A stretch of 64,000 nucleotides of DNA, from assembly GCA_001770955.1 (NCBI GenBank), contig MESL01000006.1:31726-95725 (forward strand), written 5' to 3'. This stretch comes from Burkholderiales bacterium RIFCSPLOWO2_12_FULL_65_40. Lineage in GTDB: Bacteria > Pseudomonadota > Gammaproteobacteria > Burkholderiales > Burkholderiaceae_C. The notes under the pieces were generated by a model. The model saw only the letters and a program-made list of their open reading frames with translations, made no database searches and had not been told where the DNA came from. A program made the translations under genes and the position numbers. This document shows, one piece after another, positions 9,204-17,624 of the stretch. Position 1 is the first letter of the stretch. Each line of letters begins with the position of its first letter.

Positions 9204-10273
9204 TCACCGACCTTGACGGCAAGGTGGGCGGGCCACTCCACGGCGGGGTCCACCCGCAGCCAGGCCACGCCGGGCAGACCGGTCTTGACCTGCTCCTGGT
9301 GGCGCTCCAGCAGTGCCTTGTCAATCTGTGCACGCACCCGGAACATGAGCTTTTGCCGCTCGCTCGCAGTCTCGACTGTCTTGGGGGTGAACTGCGCGGT
9401 GCTGGCGACAAACGATACGGCGGCAGGAATCACAAAGTCCGGCGCGGCATCCAGCACGATGCGCACCTCGCTGCCCAGCGCCACGCGGCCCGCCACGGTT
9501 TCGGGCAGGAAGAAGGTCATGTACACATCGGTCAGGTCCACCAGCTGCAGCACGCGCGAACCCGCGCCCACCACCTCGCCGGGCTGCACCACGCGGAACT
9601 GCACACGGCCATCGCGCGGCGCCTTGAGCTCGCTGTCGGCCAGCTCCACGTCGATGCGGGCCAACGTGGCTTCCAGCGCACGGACGTTGGCCTCGGCACT
9701 TGTCACCTGGGTGCGGGCGGCGCCGATGCCCGCCTGCGCCGCCTTGGCCTGCGCGCGTGCCGCCGCCACGGCCGCCTGCAGGCTGTGCACCTTGGCGCGG
9801 TCGTCGTCGAGCAACTGGCTGGAGAAAAAACCCTCGCGCGCCAGCTTTTCCGAGCGCGGCAGGCGGCGGCGGGCGGTATCCAGATCGCTCTCGCGCTGCG
9901 CCACCACGGCCAGGGCCGCCTGGTAATCGCTCTCGCGCTGCGCCACCTGCGCCTGGCTGCTGCTGATCGCCAGCTGGGCCTGCTGCAGGCGCGCCACGGC
10001 TTCCTCGCGCTGGGCCTGTAGCCCGTCGATCTGCATGCGGGCCACAGGATGACCCGCTTTCACGAATTCGCCCTCAGCGGCCAGGATGTCCTGCACCCGG
10101 CCCGCGAGCTTGGTGGCCACGGCGATCTCGGTGGCTTCGATGCGGCCATTGCCGCTGACAAAACCCGGCCCGGGGCCCGTGGCCTGCCAGGGCGCCCAGC
10201 GCCACAGCAGCCCTGCCCCCACCAGCACCACGGCCAAGGCTGCAGCGAGCTTCCAATGTTTGATCATGTCCAT
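9200..10273 (-). CDS. HlyD-family membrane-fusion/secretion protein (YhiI-like)
   Basis: I trimmed to the ATG at 10271-10273 ([21 protein letters not shown]...). The protein has a single N-terminal TM, long coiled-coil segments and a beta-barrel C-terminus. It is the first gene of the HlyD-RbbA-YhhJ operon. Confidence 0.8.
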   Translation of the reverse strand: MDMIKHWKLAAALAVVLVGAGLLWRWAPWQATGPGPGFVSGNGRIEATEIAVATKLAGRVQDILAAEGEFVKAGHPVARMQIDGLQAQREEAVARLQQAQLAISSSQAQVAQRESDYQAALAVVAQRESDLDTARRRLPRSEKLAREGFFSSQLLDDDRAKVHSLQAAVAAARAQAKAAQAGIGAARTQVTSAEANVRALEATLARIDVELADSELKAPRDGRVQFRVVQPGEVVGAGSRVLQLVDLTDVYMTFFLPETVAGRVALGSEVRIVLDAAPDFVIPAAVSFVASTAQFTPKTVETASERQKLMFRVRAQIDKALLERHQEQVKTGLPGVAWLRVDPAVEWPAHLAVKVGE

Positions 10274-10385
10274 CCTTGTTCGTGGAGCGTGCAGGCTCTG
10301 TGCACCGGCACTTTGTGCAGCCTGCCTTCCGGATTCACATTGACCTGCATCCACCGTTGCAGCAGGCGCACACCCAAAAAACAGG

Positions 10386-10442
10386 GCCAAAAATGCCTCT
10401 GGCGCTTACAAATAAAGCGCCGGAAGCTATTGTAAACATAGC
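10386..10442 (+). repeat. AT-rich intergenic repeat, copy C
   Basis: gccaaaaatgcctctggcgcttacaaataaagcgccggaagctattgtaaacatagc lies between the GGDEF stop (10447) and the HlyD start. Confidence 0.6.
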
Positions 10443-10446
10443 AAAA

Positions 10447-11628
10447 TCAGACCCCCACAACCGCATCGGGCGCCTTCTGCAGATGCACCTGGTTGCGGCC
10501 CAGTTCCTTGGCCCGGTACATGGCCTGGTCGGCACGCTGCAGGGCCGTCTCGGACGATTCGTCCACCGCACACTGCGTGACCCCCACACTCACCGTCAGG
10601 GTGATCGGGCCGTGCTCCGTCATGGCAGGCTGGCTGGCCACCAGGGCGCGCAAACGCTCGGCCACGGCGGCAGCCCCTGCAGCGTTGGCGCTGGGCAGCA
10701 CGATGGCGAACTCCTCGCCTCCCAGCCGCCCCATCACGTCCTCCATGCGCAGGCATGACGCGGCCAGGCCGACGAAGTGGCGCAGCACATCGTCGCCGCA
10801 CTTGTGGCCCCAGGTGTCGTTGATGCGTTTGAAATGGTCGAGATCAATCACCAGCACGTGCAATTCAGACTCGGTCCGCCGCGCCTGGCTGAGAGCTTTG
10901 TCGAGCAAGGTGAGAAAGGCCCGGCGGTTGAAGACGCTGGTGAGCGAATCCATTTCGGCCAGGCGCCGCAGCGCACTGGTGGTGAACTCGTTGGTCAGCA
11001 TCAGGATGCCAAAACCGATGAGCACCAACGCGACAATCGACTCCAGCACGATCAACTGGGGCAGAGCCAGCACGATGTCGACACCGGGCGCCAGTGCATC
11101 GCCGAGCCGGAAAACCAGCGGTCGCAGCAGCAAAAACACCCCGTGCACTGCTGCCGACAGTGCCACCAGGTACCGCACAGGAAAAGCCTGCAGGCCACCC
11201 CGGGCCAAAATGCGTGCCGTCAGCAGATAGAACGCCGCCGAGCCCCAGCTGCTGATGAGAAACCGTACGCCAAAATTGGGCTGCACCACGGTCAGGTAAG
11301 CAGAAGCCCCCACCAACAGCACGATGGCCGCCACCCCGTAGCCATGCCACAAACGCCCCCGCCCCATGTAAGCCCTGCCGCCCAGCAGGCACAGGTAACC
11401 CATGAGCCCCACCGCACCCTGCGCCAGCAACACCGACACCCACTCTGGCAGTTGATCGCGCAGCAGCAGGACGACGGTGAAAACAAACCCGCACAGGTAC
11501 GACAGCGTCCACAGCCGCAGTCCCGGAATCTGCCGGTTGAAGTGCCACACGGCATACAGCACCGTGGTGACCATCGCCATCAGAATGGCCGCAAGAATCA
11601 GAAGCGTGGGGCTGTGCACGATATACAA
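10447..11628 (-). CDS. Membrane-anchored diguanylate cyclase (GGDEF domain, I-site present)
   Basis: The C-terminal domain contains DHFKRINDTWGH and RMEDVMGRLGGEEF (RxxD, five residues, then GGEEF). The N-terminal roughly 210 aa are multi-TM. The track start at 11628 is TTG, with alternatives GTG 11619 and ATG 11580. Confidence 0.8.
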   Translation of the reverse strand: MYIVHSPTLLILAAILMAMVTTVLYAVWHFNRQIPGLRLWTLSYLCGFVFTVVLLLRDQLPEWVSVLLAQGAVGLMGYLCLLGGRAYMGRGRLWHGYGVAAIVLLVGASAYLTVVQPNFGVRFLISSWGSAAFYLLTARILARGGLQAFPVRYLVALSAAVHGVFLLLRPLVFRLGDALAPGVDIVLALPQLIVLESIVALVLIGFGILMLTNEFTTSALRRLAEMDSLTSVFNRRAFLTLLDKALSQARRTESELHVLVIDLDHFKRINDTWGHKCGDDVLRHFVGLAASCLRMEDVMGRLGGEEFAIVLPSANAAGAAAVAERLRALVASQPAMTEHGPITLTVSVGVTQCAVDESSETALQRADQAMYRAKELGRNQVHLQKAPDAVVGV

Positions 11629-11708
11629 AAGACTGAACCGGAACTGCGCCGCATGTCAGCGCCGCAGGCCATCACCACAGCGGGCCATGACCACGGAATA
11701 CCGCCGTG

Positions 11709-12383
11709 TCACGGTGCCTCCCACTGTACGGGAATCCGCCGGACCTCATTGTCATTCCAGGCGATCACCACCGCCGACACCTGCGACACCGTTCCCGTAC
11801 GGACGCGGCTGACCCAGCTGATGTGGAACCGGTACCCTTCGCCCACCTTCTGCTCTGCCAGCGCCCGGGCCTGATGCGCCGAGGCGCCCACACGCATGGC
11901 GACCAGGAAGACACCCAGCGCCACCACCAGGGCCACGCCAGCCGCCGCCGGAATGCGCATGTCACGGGGCTGGAGGCCTGCATCCGTGCGGGCTGCATCG
12001 ATGGGTGCGCGCCCCAGTTGCCAGACGATCCAGCCCAGCCCCAGCACCCCCAGCACGGCGGCTGCCAGCAAGGACAGTGAGGGGCCCTGGCCCAGGCGAA
12101 GCTGGGCAAACGTCAGGCTGAACGGCTGCATGAGGGGAAGAAAAAACAGCAGACTCAAACCGGCAGCCAGCAGAAACGCAGCCAGCCAGCGCACGCCCAG
12201 GGCAGCGCGCAAGTTGCCGCGCCACAGCCCGACGCCGGCCACCACAGCCACCAGACCGGGGCCAGCGGTGAAGGCTGCCATGCCCTGAAAGCTCTCCAGG
12301 GCCAGCGCCGCAAGGGTGATCAGCCCGGCGGCCAGGAGCACGGCGCCCACGCGCCGCAACAGAGGGATGTGCATTTGATTCAT
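11709..12383 (-). CDS. Hypothetical integral membrane protein (about 5 TM plus a small soluble C-terminal domain)
   Basis: ATG at 12381-12383 lies 12 nt after the upstream stop (the track used TTG 12389). The protein has hydrophobic Ala/Leu/Gly-rich helices, and I recognise no family. Confidence 0.55.
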   Translation of the reverse strand: MNQMHIPLLRRVGAVLLAAGLITLAALALESFQGMAAFTAGPGLVAVVAGVGLWRGNLRAALGVRWLAAFLLAAGLSLLFFLPLMQPFSLTFAQLRLGQGPSLSLLAAAVLGVLGLGWIVWQLGRAPIDAARTDAGLQPRDMRIPAAAGVALVVALGVFLVAMRVGASAHQARALAEQKVGEGYRFHISWVSRVRTGTVSQVSAVVIAWNDNEVRRIPVQWEAP

Positions 12384-12395
12384 GGGCAATGTCGT

Positions 12396-13643
12396 TCAGC
12401 CCACCACATGGCATTCGCGGCGCAGCAGCGCCAGGGCGTCGTGCAACTGGTAGTCCCGGTCGTTGCACAGCGTGGCTTGGGACTCCTGCACAAAGCTGTT
12501 CCACAGCGCGCAATAGTCGGCCTGGTGCGCCCCTGGGGCGTGGCTGAGGATGAATTCGGTGGCCAGCTGCGGTTGCAGGCCGCTCTTGCGGATCTTGCGC
12601 ACCAGGCTGGCGGCGGTTTTTTCGGTCAGCAGGGTTTTCTTGGGCGACCCGGTGGACAGACACAAAAACAGGGTCAGCAGCGCATGTTCGTCTTCGTTGC
12701 CTTGCGTGGCGCGGGCCCATGTCTTGCTGGCGGGCTGGGGCGGCGCACCCTCTTCGTGGTCATCCTGGCGGCGTAGGTAGTCGTCCACCTCGGCCAGAGG
12801 GTCGTCCTGCAGAAAGTAGCGTGCGCGGAAGGCCCCGGTGGGGCGCAACAGCGTGCGCAGCGCCGTGGCGCCATCGAGCAGCCGGGCCACATCGGCCTGC
12901 ACACTGGCGCAGTGGGCTTGCATGGCATCGCGCAGATCGTCGGGCAGGCCCGGTGGCAGCGCCACTGTGGCGCTGGAGGGCGATTTCTTCTTGCGCAGGG
13001 CCGTGACGCGTTTTTCCAATGCCACGGCATGGGGCCACTCGTGGGCCTGGGGCGCCAGGGCCCGCCACAGCAGGCCCGCACGGATCACGGCCTCGGCATC
13101 GGCGCCCGCCTCTTCCAGTGCGTCTTGTTCCAGTTCGTAGTGCCCGGCCAGCCACAGGGCGGCGTCCATCGCCTGGGCGATCTGGCTGCGGCGGGCCAGT
13201 TCGGTCCGGTAGTCGGCATGGCTGCGCAGCGACCACTGCGCCAGCTGCGGGGTTTCGGCACCGGCATGGCCTGCCAGGGCAAAGTTGCTGTGCTCGGGCA
13301 ACGCAATCAGGCGCTTGAGCATGTCCGAACCGCCCTTGGAGCGGGACAGCAGCGAGTGGTCACGCAGCGACACGGCTGCCGCATGCAGGTCGCCGCCTGT
13401 GGTCTCCAGCAGGTACAGGCTGATGAGGTTGACCATGCGGTCGCGGGCTTTTTCCAGCTCGGGACGCAAAAACTCGCTGCCGAAGTAGCGGGCGATCTGC
13501 ACGATGCCCTTGGGCGCGTCGGCATTCATCACGGCCAGCCGCGCCGCATCGATGATGCCGTGCTGCACGCCATGGGCCAGGGCCTTGTCGAAGAACGGGC
13601 GTGCGTCGTGCAGTTGCAGCGCTGCAGAGGTGGACTCCGTCAT
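12396..13643 (-). CDS. Hypothetical protein, 415 aa, no recognisable domain
   Basis: ATG at 13641-13643. The long ORF shares the strand of its neighbours and appears helical with ordinary composition. It is part of the J-domain operon. Confidence 0.6.
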   Translation of the reverse strand: MTESTSAALQLHDARPFFDKALAHGVQHGIIDAARLAVMNADAPKGIVQIARYFGSEFLRPELEKARDRMVNLISLYLLETTGGDLHAAAVSLRDHSLLSRSKGGSDMLKRLIALPEHSNFALAGHAGAETPQLAQWSLRSHADYRTELARRSQIAQAMDAALWLAGHYELEQDALEEAGADAEAVIRAGLLWRALAPQAHEWPHAVALEKRVTALRKKKSPSSATVALPPGLPDDLRDAMQAHCASVQADVARLLDGATALRTLLRPTGAFRARYFLQDDPLAEVDDYLRRQDDHEEGAPPQPASKTWARATQGNEDEHALLTLFLCLSTGSPKKTLLTEKTAASLVRKIRKSGLQPQLATEFILSHAPGAHQADYCALWNSFVQESQATLCNDRDYQLHDALALLRRECHVVG

Positions 13644-13721
13644 GCCAAAAACTCCAGAGGAGAAGCGCGTGGACCCGTGGAACTGGCGCAGCCCAGGCGC
13701 GAGACGCCGAGCAAGGGCCGC

Positions 13722-13805
13722 CCCGCAGCGAGGGCGTCGTCCCCCTGCCCGCGTAGCGCAGCGAAGCGAGAGCGGGGGGAAGGAGCGCAGCGACTCAGGG
13801 GGGTG
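13722..13805. repeat. GC-rich degenerate triple direct repeat (GCAGCGA...GGGGG units) in an intra-operon spacer
   Basis: Three units are present: ccgcagcgagggcgtcgtccccc, tagcgcagcgaagcgagagcgggggg and gagcgcagcgactcaggggggtg. They lie inside the 168-nt gap 13644-13811. Confidence 0.45.
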
Positions 13806-13811
13806 TCCATA

Positions 13812-14561
13812 TCAAATCGCAGATTCTTCGTCAGACACGCGCGCGGCCGGCGTAGCCTTGCCCCGGTCGGTGTCGCTGGTTTCAAACTTGCCGTCGTCCT
13901 CTTCGGCGGGCTCATCCCCCTCGTCCAGGCCCAGATCGAAGGCACGGGCCTTGGCACGCAGCACCAGCAGGGTTTCAATGAACAGGTCGCGGCATTCGTA
14001 GCGCAGCAGCCATGCCAGGTGCATCCAGTCACGGTCGGCCACTTCTTCCAGATCGATGCGCGGCTGCACATAGGCCGAGCCCAGAAGCTGGTCTTCAGTC
14101 AGCATGGCGCCGTCGTCCTCGGTAGCGTCAAAGTGGCCGGTGCGCGCAAAGGCCTCGACCCGGCTCCACTTCTCGGCGAAATAGTTGGCCAGCGCCTCGC
14201 TGCCGCCTTCCAGATCGCCAATGGCGGTCAGAAACTCCACCGGGTCGGCATCGTCGCGGAAGATCACCGCGTTGACCATGCTGCGCAGGTGCGTGTGGGT
14301 GAGGTCTTTGTATTGCTTCTCCAGCACCATGGCACGCGCGAACTGCTCGGGCGTGACGAGCATGTTGACCACCGACGCCTTGGACTCGTCGTACTCGCGC
14401 ATCACAGCCAGAATGTCCTTGGGCGCCAGCTGGTCCAGCACCACCATCAGGGCGCCGTCGCCCTCGGTATCGGCCAGATCGGCCAGGGCGGCTTCGGCGC
14501 CCACGATGTCGCCCGCCGCAATCAGGCTGGTGGTCTGCGTAATCAAGGCCAGATGGTTCAT
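13812..14561 (-). CDS. Hypothetical acidic protein, 249 aa
   Basis: I trimmed to the ATG at 14559-14561 (MNHLALITQTT...), 4 nt after the upstream stop. The protein is very Asp/Glu-rich with a disordered acidic tail, and I recognise no family. Confidence 0.6.
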   Translation of the reverse strand: MNHLALITQTTSLIAAGDIVGAEAALADLADTEGDGALMVVLDQLAPKDILAVMREYDESKASVVNMLVTPEQFARAMVLEKQYKDLTHTHLRSMVNAVIFRDDADPVEFLTAIGDLEGGSEALANYFAEKWSRVEAFARTGHFDATEDDGAMLTEDQLLGSAYVQPRIDLEEVADRDWMHLAWLLRYECRDLFIETLLVLRAKARAFDLGLDEGDEPAEEDDGKFETSDTDRGKATPAARVSDEESAI

Positions 14562-14565
14562 GTGT

Positions 14566-15138
14566 TCAGTCTTTTCGATCAAAGCCGACGTCGGCCAGCC
14601 AGTTGGCACTGGCCTCCTCACGGCTGCGGCTGTCTTGCGGTTCCAGCGCGTCGTCGGCGCTGAGGGCGTCGTAATCGTCGTCGTGCTCGGGAGTTTCTCC
14701 GTCGTCTGCGTCTGCAGCATCGTGGCCCGGCCCGGCGTGCGCGGCCAGACGCGCATGCTGGTGCAGGTATTCCAGCCCCGCTGCCACGGCCATGAAGGTG
14801 GCGCCCTGCGGCTCGCGCAGCACCGTCTGCGCCAGGCTGTGCGCCCAGGGCTCCAGGGTGATGGCAGCGGCCAGGCTGTCCCACGCAGGCAGATCCTCGG
14901 GCTGCTGGCGCAGCAGATGCTCCAGCACCTTGGGCTGGTGAAAGCGAAAGCCCTGGTGGAAGACCACGGCCACCATCTCGGGGCTAAGGTCCATCATCTG
15001 CACCAGAAAGCCGATTTCTGCGCGCTTTTGCTGCAGACGCCGGCGCAGCACATCGTTGCCCTCGGAGTCCTGGGACAGGTCATCGAGCTCGGCCAGATAG
15101 GCCGAGCGCAGGTCGTCAAAGTAAGGGGATAGATTCAC
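14566..15138 (-). CDS. Hypothetical protein, 190 aa, acidic C-terminus
   Basis: The GTG start at 15136-15138 overlaps the J-protein stop (GTGA). I recognise no family. Confidence 0.55.
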   Translation of the reverse strand: MNLSPYFDDLRSAYLAELDDLSQDSEGNDVLRRRLQQKRAEIGFLVQMMDLSPEMVAVVFHQGFRFHQPKVLEHLLRQQPEDLPAWDSLAAAITLEPWAHSLAQTVLREPQGATFMAVAAGLEYLHQHARLAAHAGPGHDAADADDGETPEHDDDYDALSADDALEPQDSRSREEASANWLADVGFDRKD

Positions 15139-15416
15139 GGATTCAATAGGTTCCGGGTGTAGGCCTGCCAGATTTCCTGTGCGGTGTGCAGCGGGTCGTC
15201 GAGCAGATTGCGGCGGCGGTTGTCGTCATAGGCCTGGCGGGCGGTTTCGTCCGACAGCACCTCGTAGGCTTTCTGCACGGCCTGAAAGCGGCGTGCGGCG
15301 TCGGGGGCGTCGTTGCGGTCCGGGTGGTAGAACGAGGCCTTCTGCCGGAAGGCCTTCTTGATGTCGGCCAGCGTCGCGCTGGCCCCCAGCCCGAGGGCGG
15401 CGTAGTGGTCCGTCAT
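15135..15416 (-). CDS. Stand-alone J-domain (DnaJ-domain) protein, 93 aa
   Basis: DHYAALGLGASATLADIKKAFRQKASFYHPDRN...FQAVQKAYEVLSDETARQAYD is a canonical J-domain with the HPD tripeptide. There is no Zn-finger or C-terminal DnaJ domain. Confidence 0.85.
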   Translation of the reverse strand: MTDHYAALGLGASATLADIKKAFRQKASFYHPDRNDAPDAARRFQAVQKAYEVLSDETARQAYDDNRRRNLLDDPLHTAQEIWQAYTRNLLNP

Positions 15417-15440
15417 GCGGCGGCGGGGTCCAGCAAAAGA

Positions 15441-16154
15441 TTAACCGGCCAGGGCCACGAACATGTTCTGCACGTCGTCGTTGGCGTCGATGGCCGCCAG
15501 GAAAGCCTCCACCTCTTCCAGTTGCTCGGCGCTCAGGCTGGCGGGATCCACCGGGTTCTTGGGCTTGTAGCCCAGCTTGGCGGAGAGCACGGTAAACCCG
15601 TGCGCCGGCAAGGCACGGCTGACCAGATCCAGGTCGGCCGCTGCGGTGATGAACAGGGTGCTGCCCTCCTCTTCGCCCGGCTCGAAATCCTGCGCGCCCG
15701 CTTCTATGGCAGCTTCCTCGGGGTCGGCCCCGGCAACAGCGGGCTCGGCTTCGATCATGCCGACATGGTCAAAGTCCCAGGCCACCGAGCCCGAGGTGCC
15801 CAGTTGCCCCTTGCGGAACAGCACGCGCATTTCAGGGGCCGTGCGCTTGACGTTGTCGGTCAGGCACTCCACCATCACCGCCACCTGGTGCGGGGCAAAG
15901 CCTTCGTAGATGACATGCTCGTAGTGCACCGCCTCGCCGCCAATGCCCGCGCCCTTCTTGATGGCACGCTCCAGCGTGTCCTTGGGCATGGACACTTTGC
16001 GCGCCTGCTCCACCACCAGGCGCAAACGCGCATTGCTGGACGGGTCGGCGCCACTACGGGCTGCCACCTGAATTTCCTTGACCAGTTTGCCAAACAGCTT
16101 GCCCTTGGCGTCGGCCACCTGTGCCTTGCCTTTTGCTTTCCACTGCGCGCCCAT
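15441..16154 (-). CDS. yebC: YebC/PmpR-family DNA-binding transcriptional regulator
   Basis: I trimmed to the ATG at 16152-16154. [33 protein letters not shown]...[28 protein letters not shown] is the conserved YebC N-terminus. Confidence 0.9.
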   Translation of the reverse strand: MGAQWKAKGKAQVADAKGKLFGKLVKEIQVAARSGADPSSNARLRLVVEQARKVSMPKDTLERAIKKGAGIGGEAVHYEHVIYEGFAPHQVAVMVECLTDNVKRTAPEMRVLFRKGQLGTSGSVAWDFDHVGMIEAEPAVAGADPEEAAIEAGAQDFEPGEEEGSTLFITAAADLDLVSRALPAHGFTVLSAKLGYKPKNPVDPASLSAEQLEEVEAFLAAIDANDDVQNMFVALAG

Positions 16155-16324
16155 TGTGCGTGTTCCTTGTTGTTGCGGCGCTCCCAGGCGCCGGGCTGTA
16201 TTGTGAGCGGCGGTGCGCGACGCGCGCGCATCACCGCAGAGGGCTAGGTTATACACCTGCCAGCAGGCCCCGGCCGCCGCGCAAACACAGGTAACCTCGC
16301 AGGCATTGCAACCACGGAGTCCCG

Positions 16325-17554
16325 ATGCTCAACACCCTGTGGCTGGGTTTCTTCCTCACCGCCGCCCTGGCCGCGCTCAGCCAGTGGCTGATCGGCGGCA
16401 ATGCCCAGATTTTCGCCGCCATGGTGGAGGCGCTGTTCAGCATGGCCAGGCTGTCGGTCGAGGTCATGGTGCTGCTGTTCGGCACACTGACGCTGTGGCT
16501 GGGCTTTTTGCGCATTGCCGAAAAGGCGGGCATCGTGGATGCACTGGCGCGCTGGCTGGCGCCGCTGTTCGCGCGGCTCATGCCCGAGGTGCCACGCGGC
16601 CACCCGGCCCTGGGCCTGATGACGCTGAATTTTGCCGCCAACGCGCTGGGGCTGGACAACGCAGCCACCCCCATGGGCCTCAAGGCCATGCACGCGCTGC
16701 AGACGCTGAACCCCCGGCCCGACACCGCCACCAACGCGCAGATCCTGTTCCTGGTGCTCAACGCCTCGTCGCTCACGCTGCTGCCGGTCACCATCTTCAT
16801 GTACCGCATGCAGCAGGGCGCGCCGGACCCGACGCTGGTGTTCCTGCCCATCCTGCTGGCCACCTCGGCCTCCACGCTGGTGGGGCTGTTGAGCGTGGCG
16901 CTGGTGCAGCGCCTGCCGCTATGGAGCCCGGTGGTGCTGGCCTACCTGCTGCCGGTGGCGCTGCTGCTCGGTGCCTTCATGGCCCTGCTCGCCTCGCTGA
17001 GCGGCGCGGCGCTGGCGCAGCTGTCGTCACTGCTGGGCAACCTGACGCTGTTCGCGCTGGTGCTGCTGTTCGTTGGCCTGGGGGCCTGGCGCAAGGTGCC
17101 GGTGTACGAGACCTTCGTCGAAGGTGCCAGGGAAGGGTTTGATGTCGCCAAGGGACTGCTGCCCTACCTGGTGGCCATGCTGTGCGCCGTGGGCGTGTTC
17201 CGCGCCTCGGGCGCGCTGGGCTATGCGCTCGACGCCATGCGCTGGTGCGTGGAGGTGCTGGGCATGGATGCGCGCTTTGTCGATGCACTGCCCACGGCCC
17301 TGGTCAAGCCCTTCTCGGGCAGCGCCGCGCGCGCCATGCTGATCGAGACCATGCAGAGCCAGGGCGTGGACAGCTTTGCTGCGCTGGCCGCCGCCACCAT
17401 CCAGGGCAGCACCGAAACCACGTTCTATGTGCTGGCGGTGTACTTCGGCGCGGTGGGCATCCAGCGCGCGCGCCACGCCGTAGCCTGCGCGCTGCTGGCC
17501 GAGCTGGCGGGCGTGGTGGCGGCCATCGTGGTGTGCTACCGGTTCTTTGGCTGA
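16325..17554 (+). CDS. Nucleoside-recognition-domain membrane protein (fused SpmA/SpmB-like)
   Basis: The 409-aa multi-TM protein contains [29 protein letters not shown] and [17 protein letters not shown], which are motifs of the Gate/nucleoside-recognition family. Confidence 0.65.
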   Translation: MLNTLWLGFFLTAALAALSQWLIGGNAQIFAAMVEALFSMARLSVEVMVLLFGTLTLWLGFLRIAEKAGIVDALARWLAPLFARLMPEVPRGHPALGLMTLNFAANALGLDNAATPMGLKAMHALQTLNPRPDTATNAQILFLVLNASSLTLLPVTIFMYRMQQGAPDPTLVFLPILLATSASTLVGLLSVALVQRLPLWSPVVLAYLLPVALLLGAFMALLASLSGAALAQLSSLLGNLTLFALVLLFVGLGAWRKVPVYETFVEGAREGFDVAKGLLPYLVAMLCAVGVFRASGALGYALDAMRWCVEVLGMDARFVDALPTALVKPFSGSAARAMLIETMQSQGVDSFAALAAATIQGSTETTFYVLAVYFGAVGIQRARHAVACALLAELAGVVAAIVVCYRFFG

Positions 17555-17560
17555 CCATGA

Positions 17561-17617
17561 GCCAAATCGGCCTCCAGCGCCCTGTCCATAAGCGCCAGAA
17601 GCTATATTTTCAATAGC
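17561..17617 (+). repeat. AT-rich intergenic repeat, copy D
   Basis: gccaaatcggcctccagcgccctgtccataagcgccagaagctatattttcaatagc lies between convergent stops at 17554 and 17625. Confidence 0.7.
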
Positions 17618-17624
17618 ATTTGAA

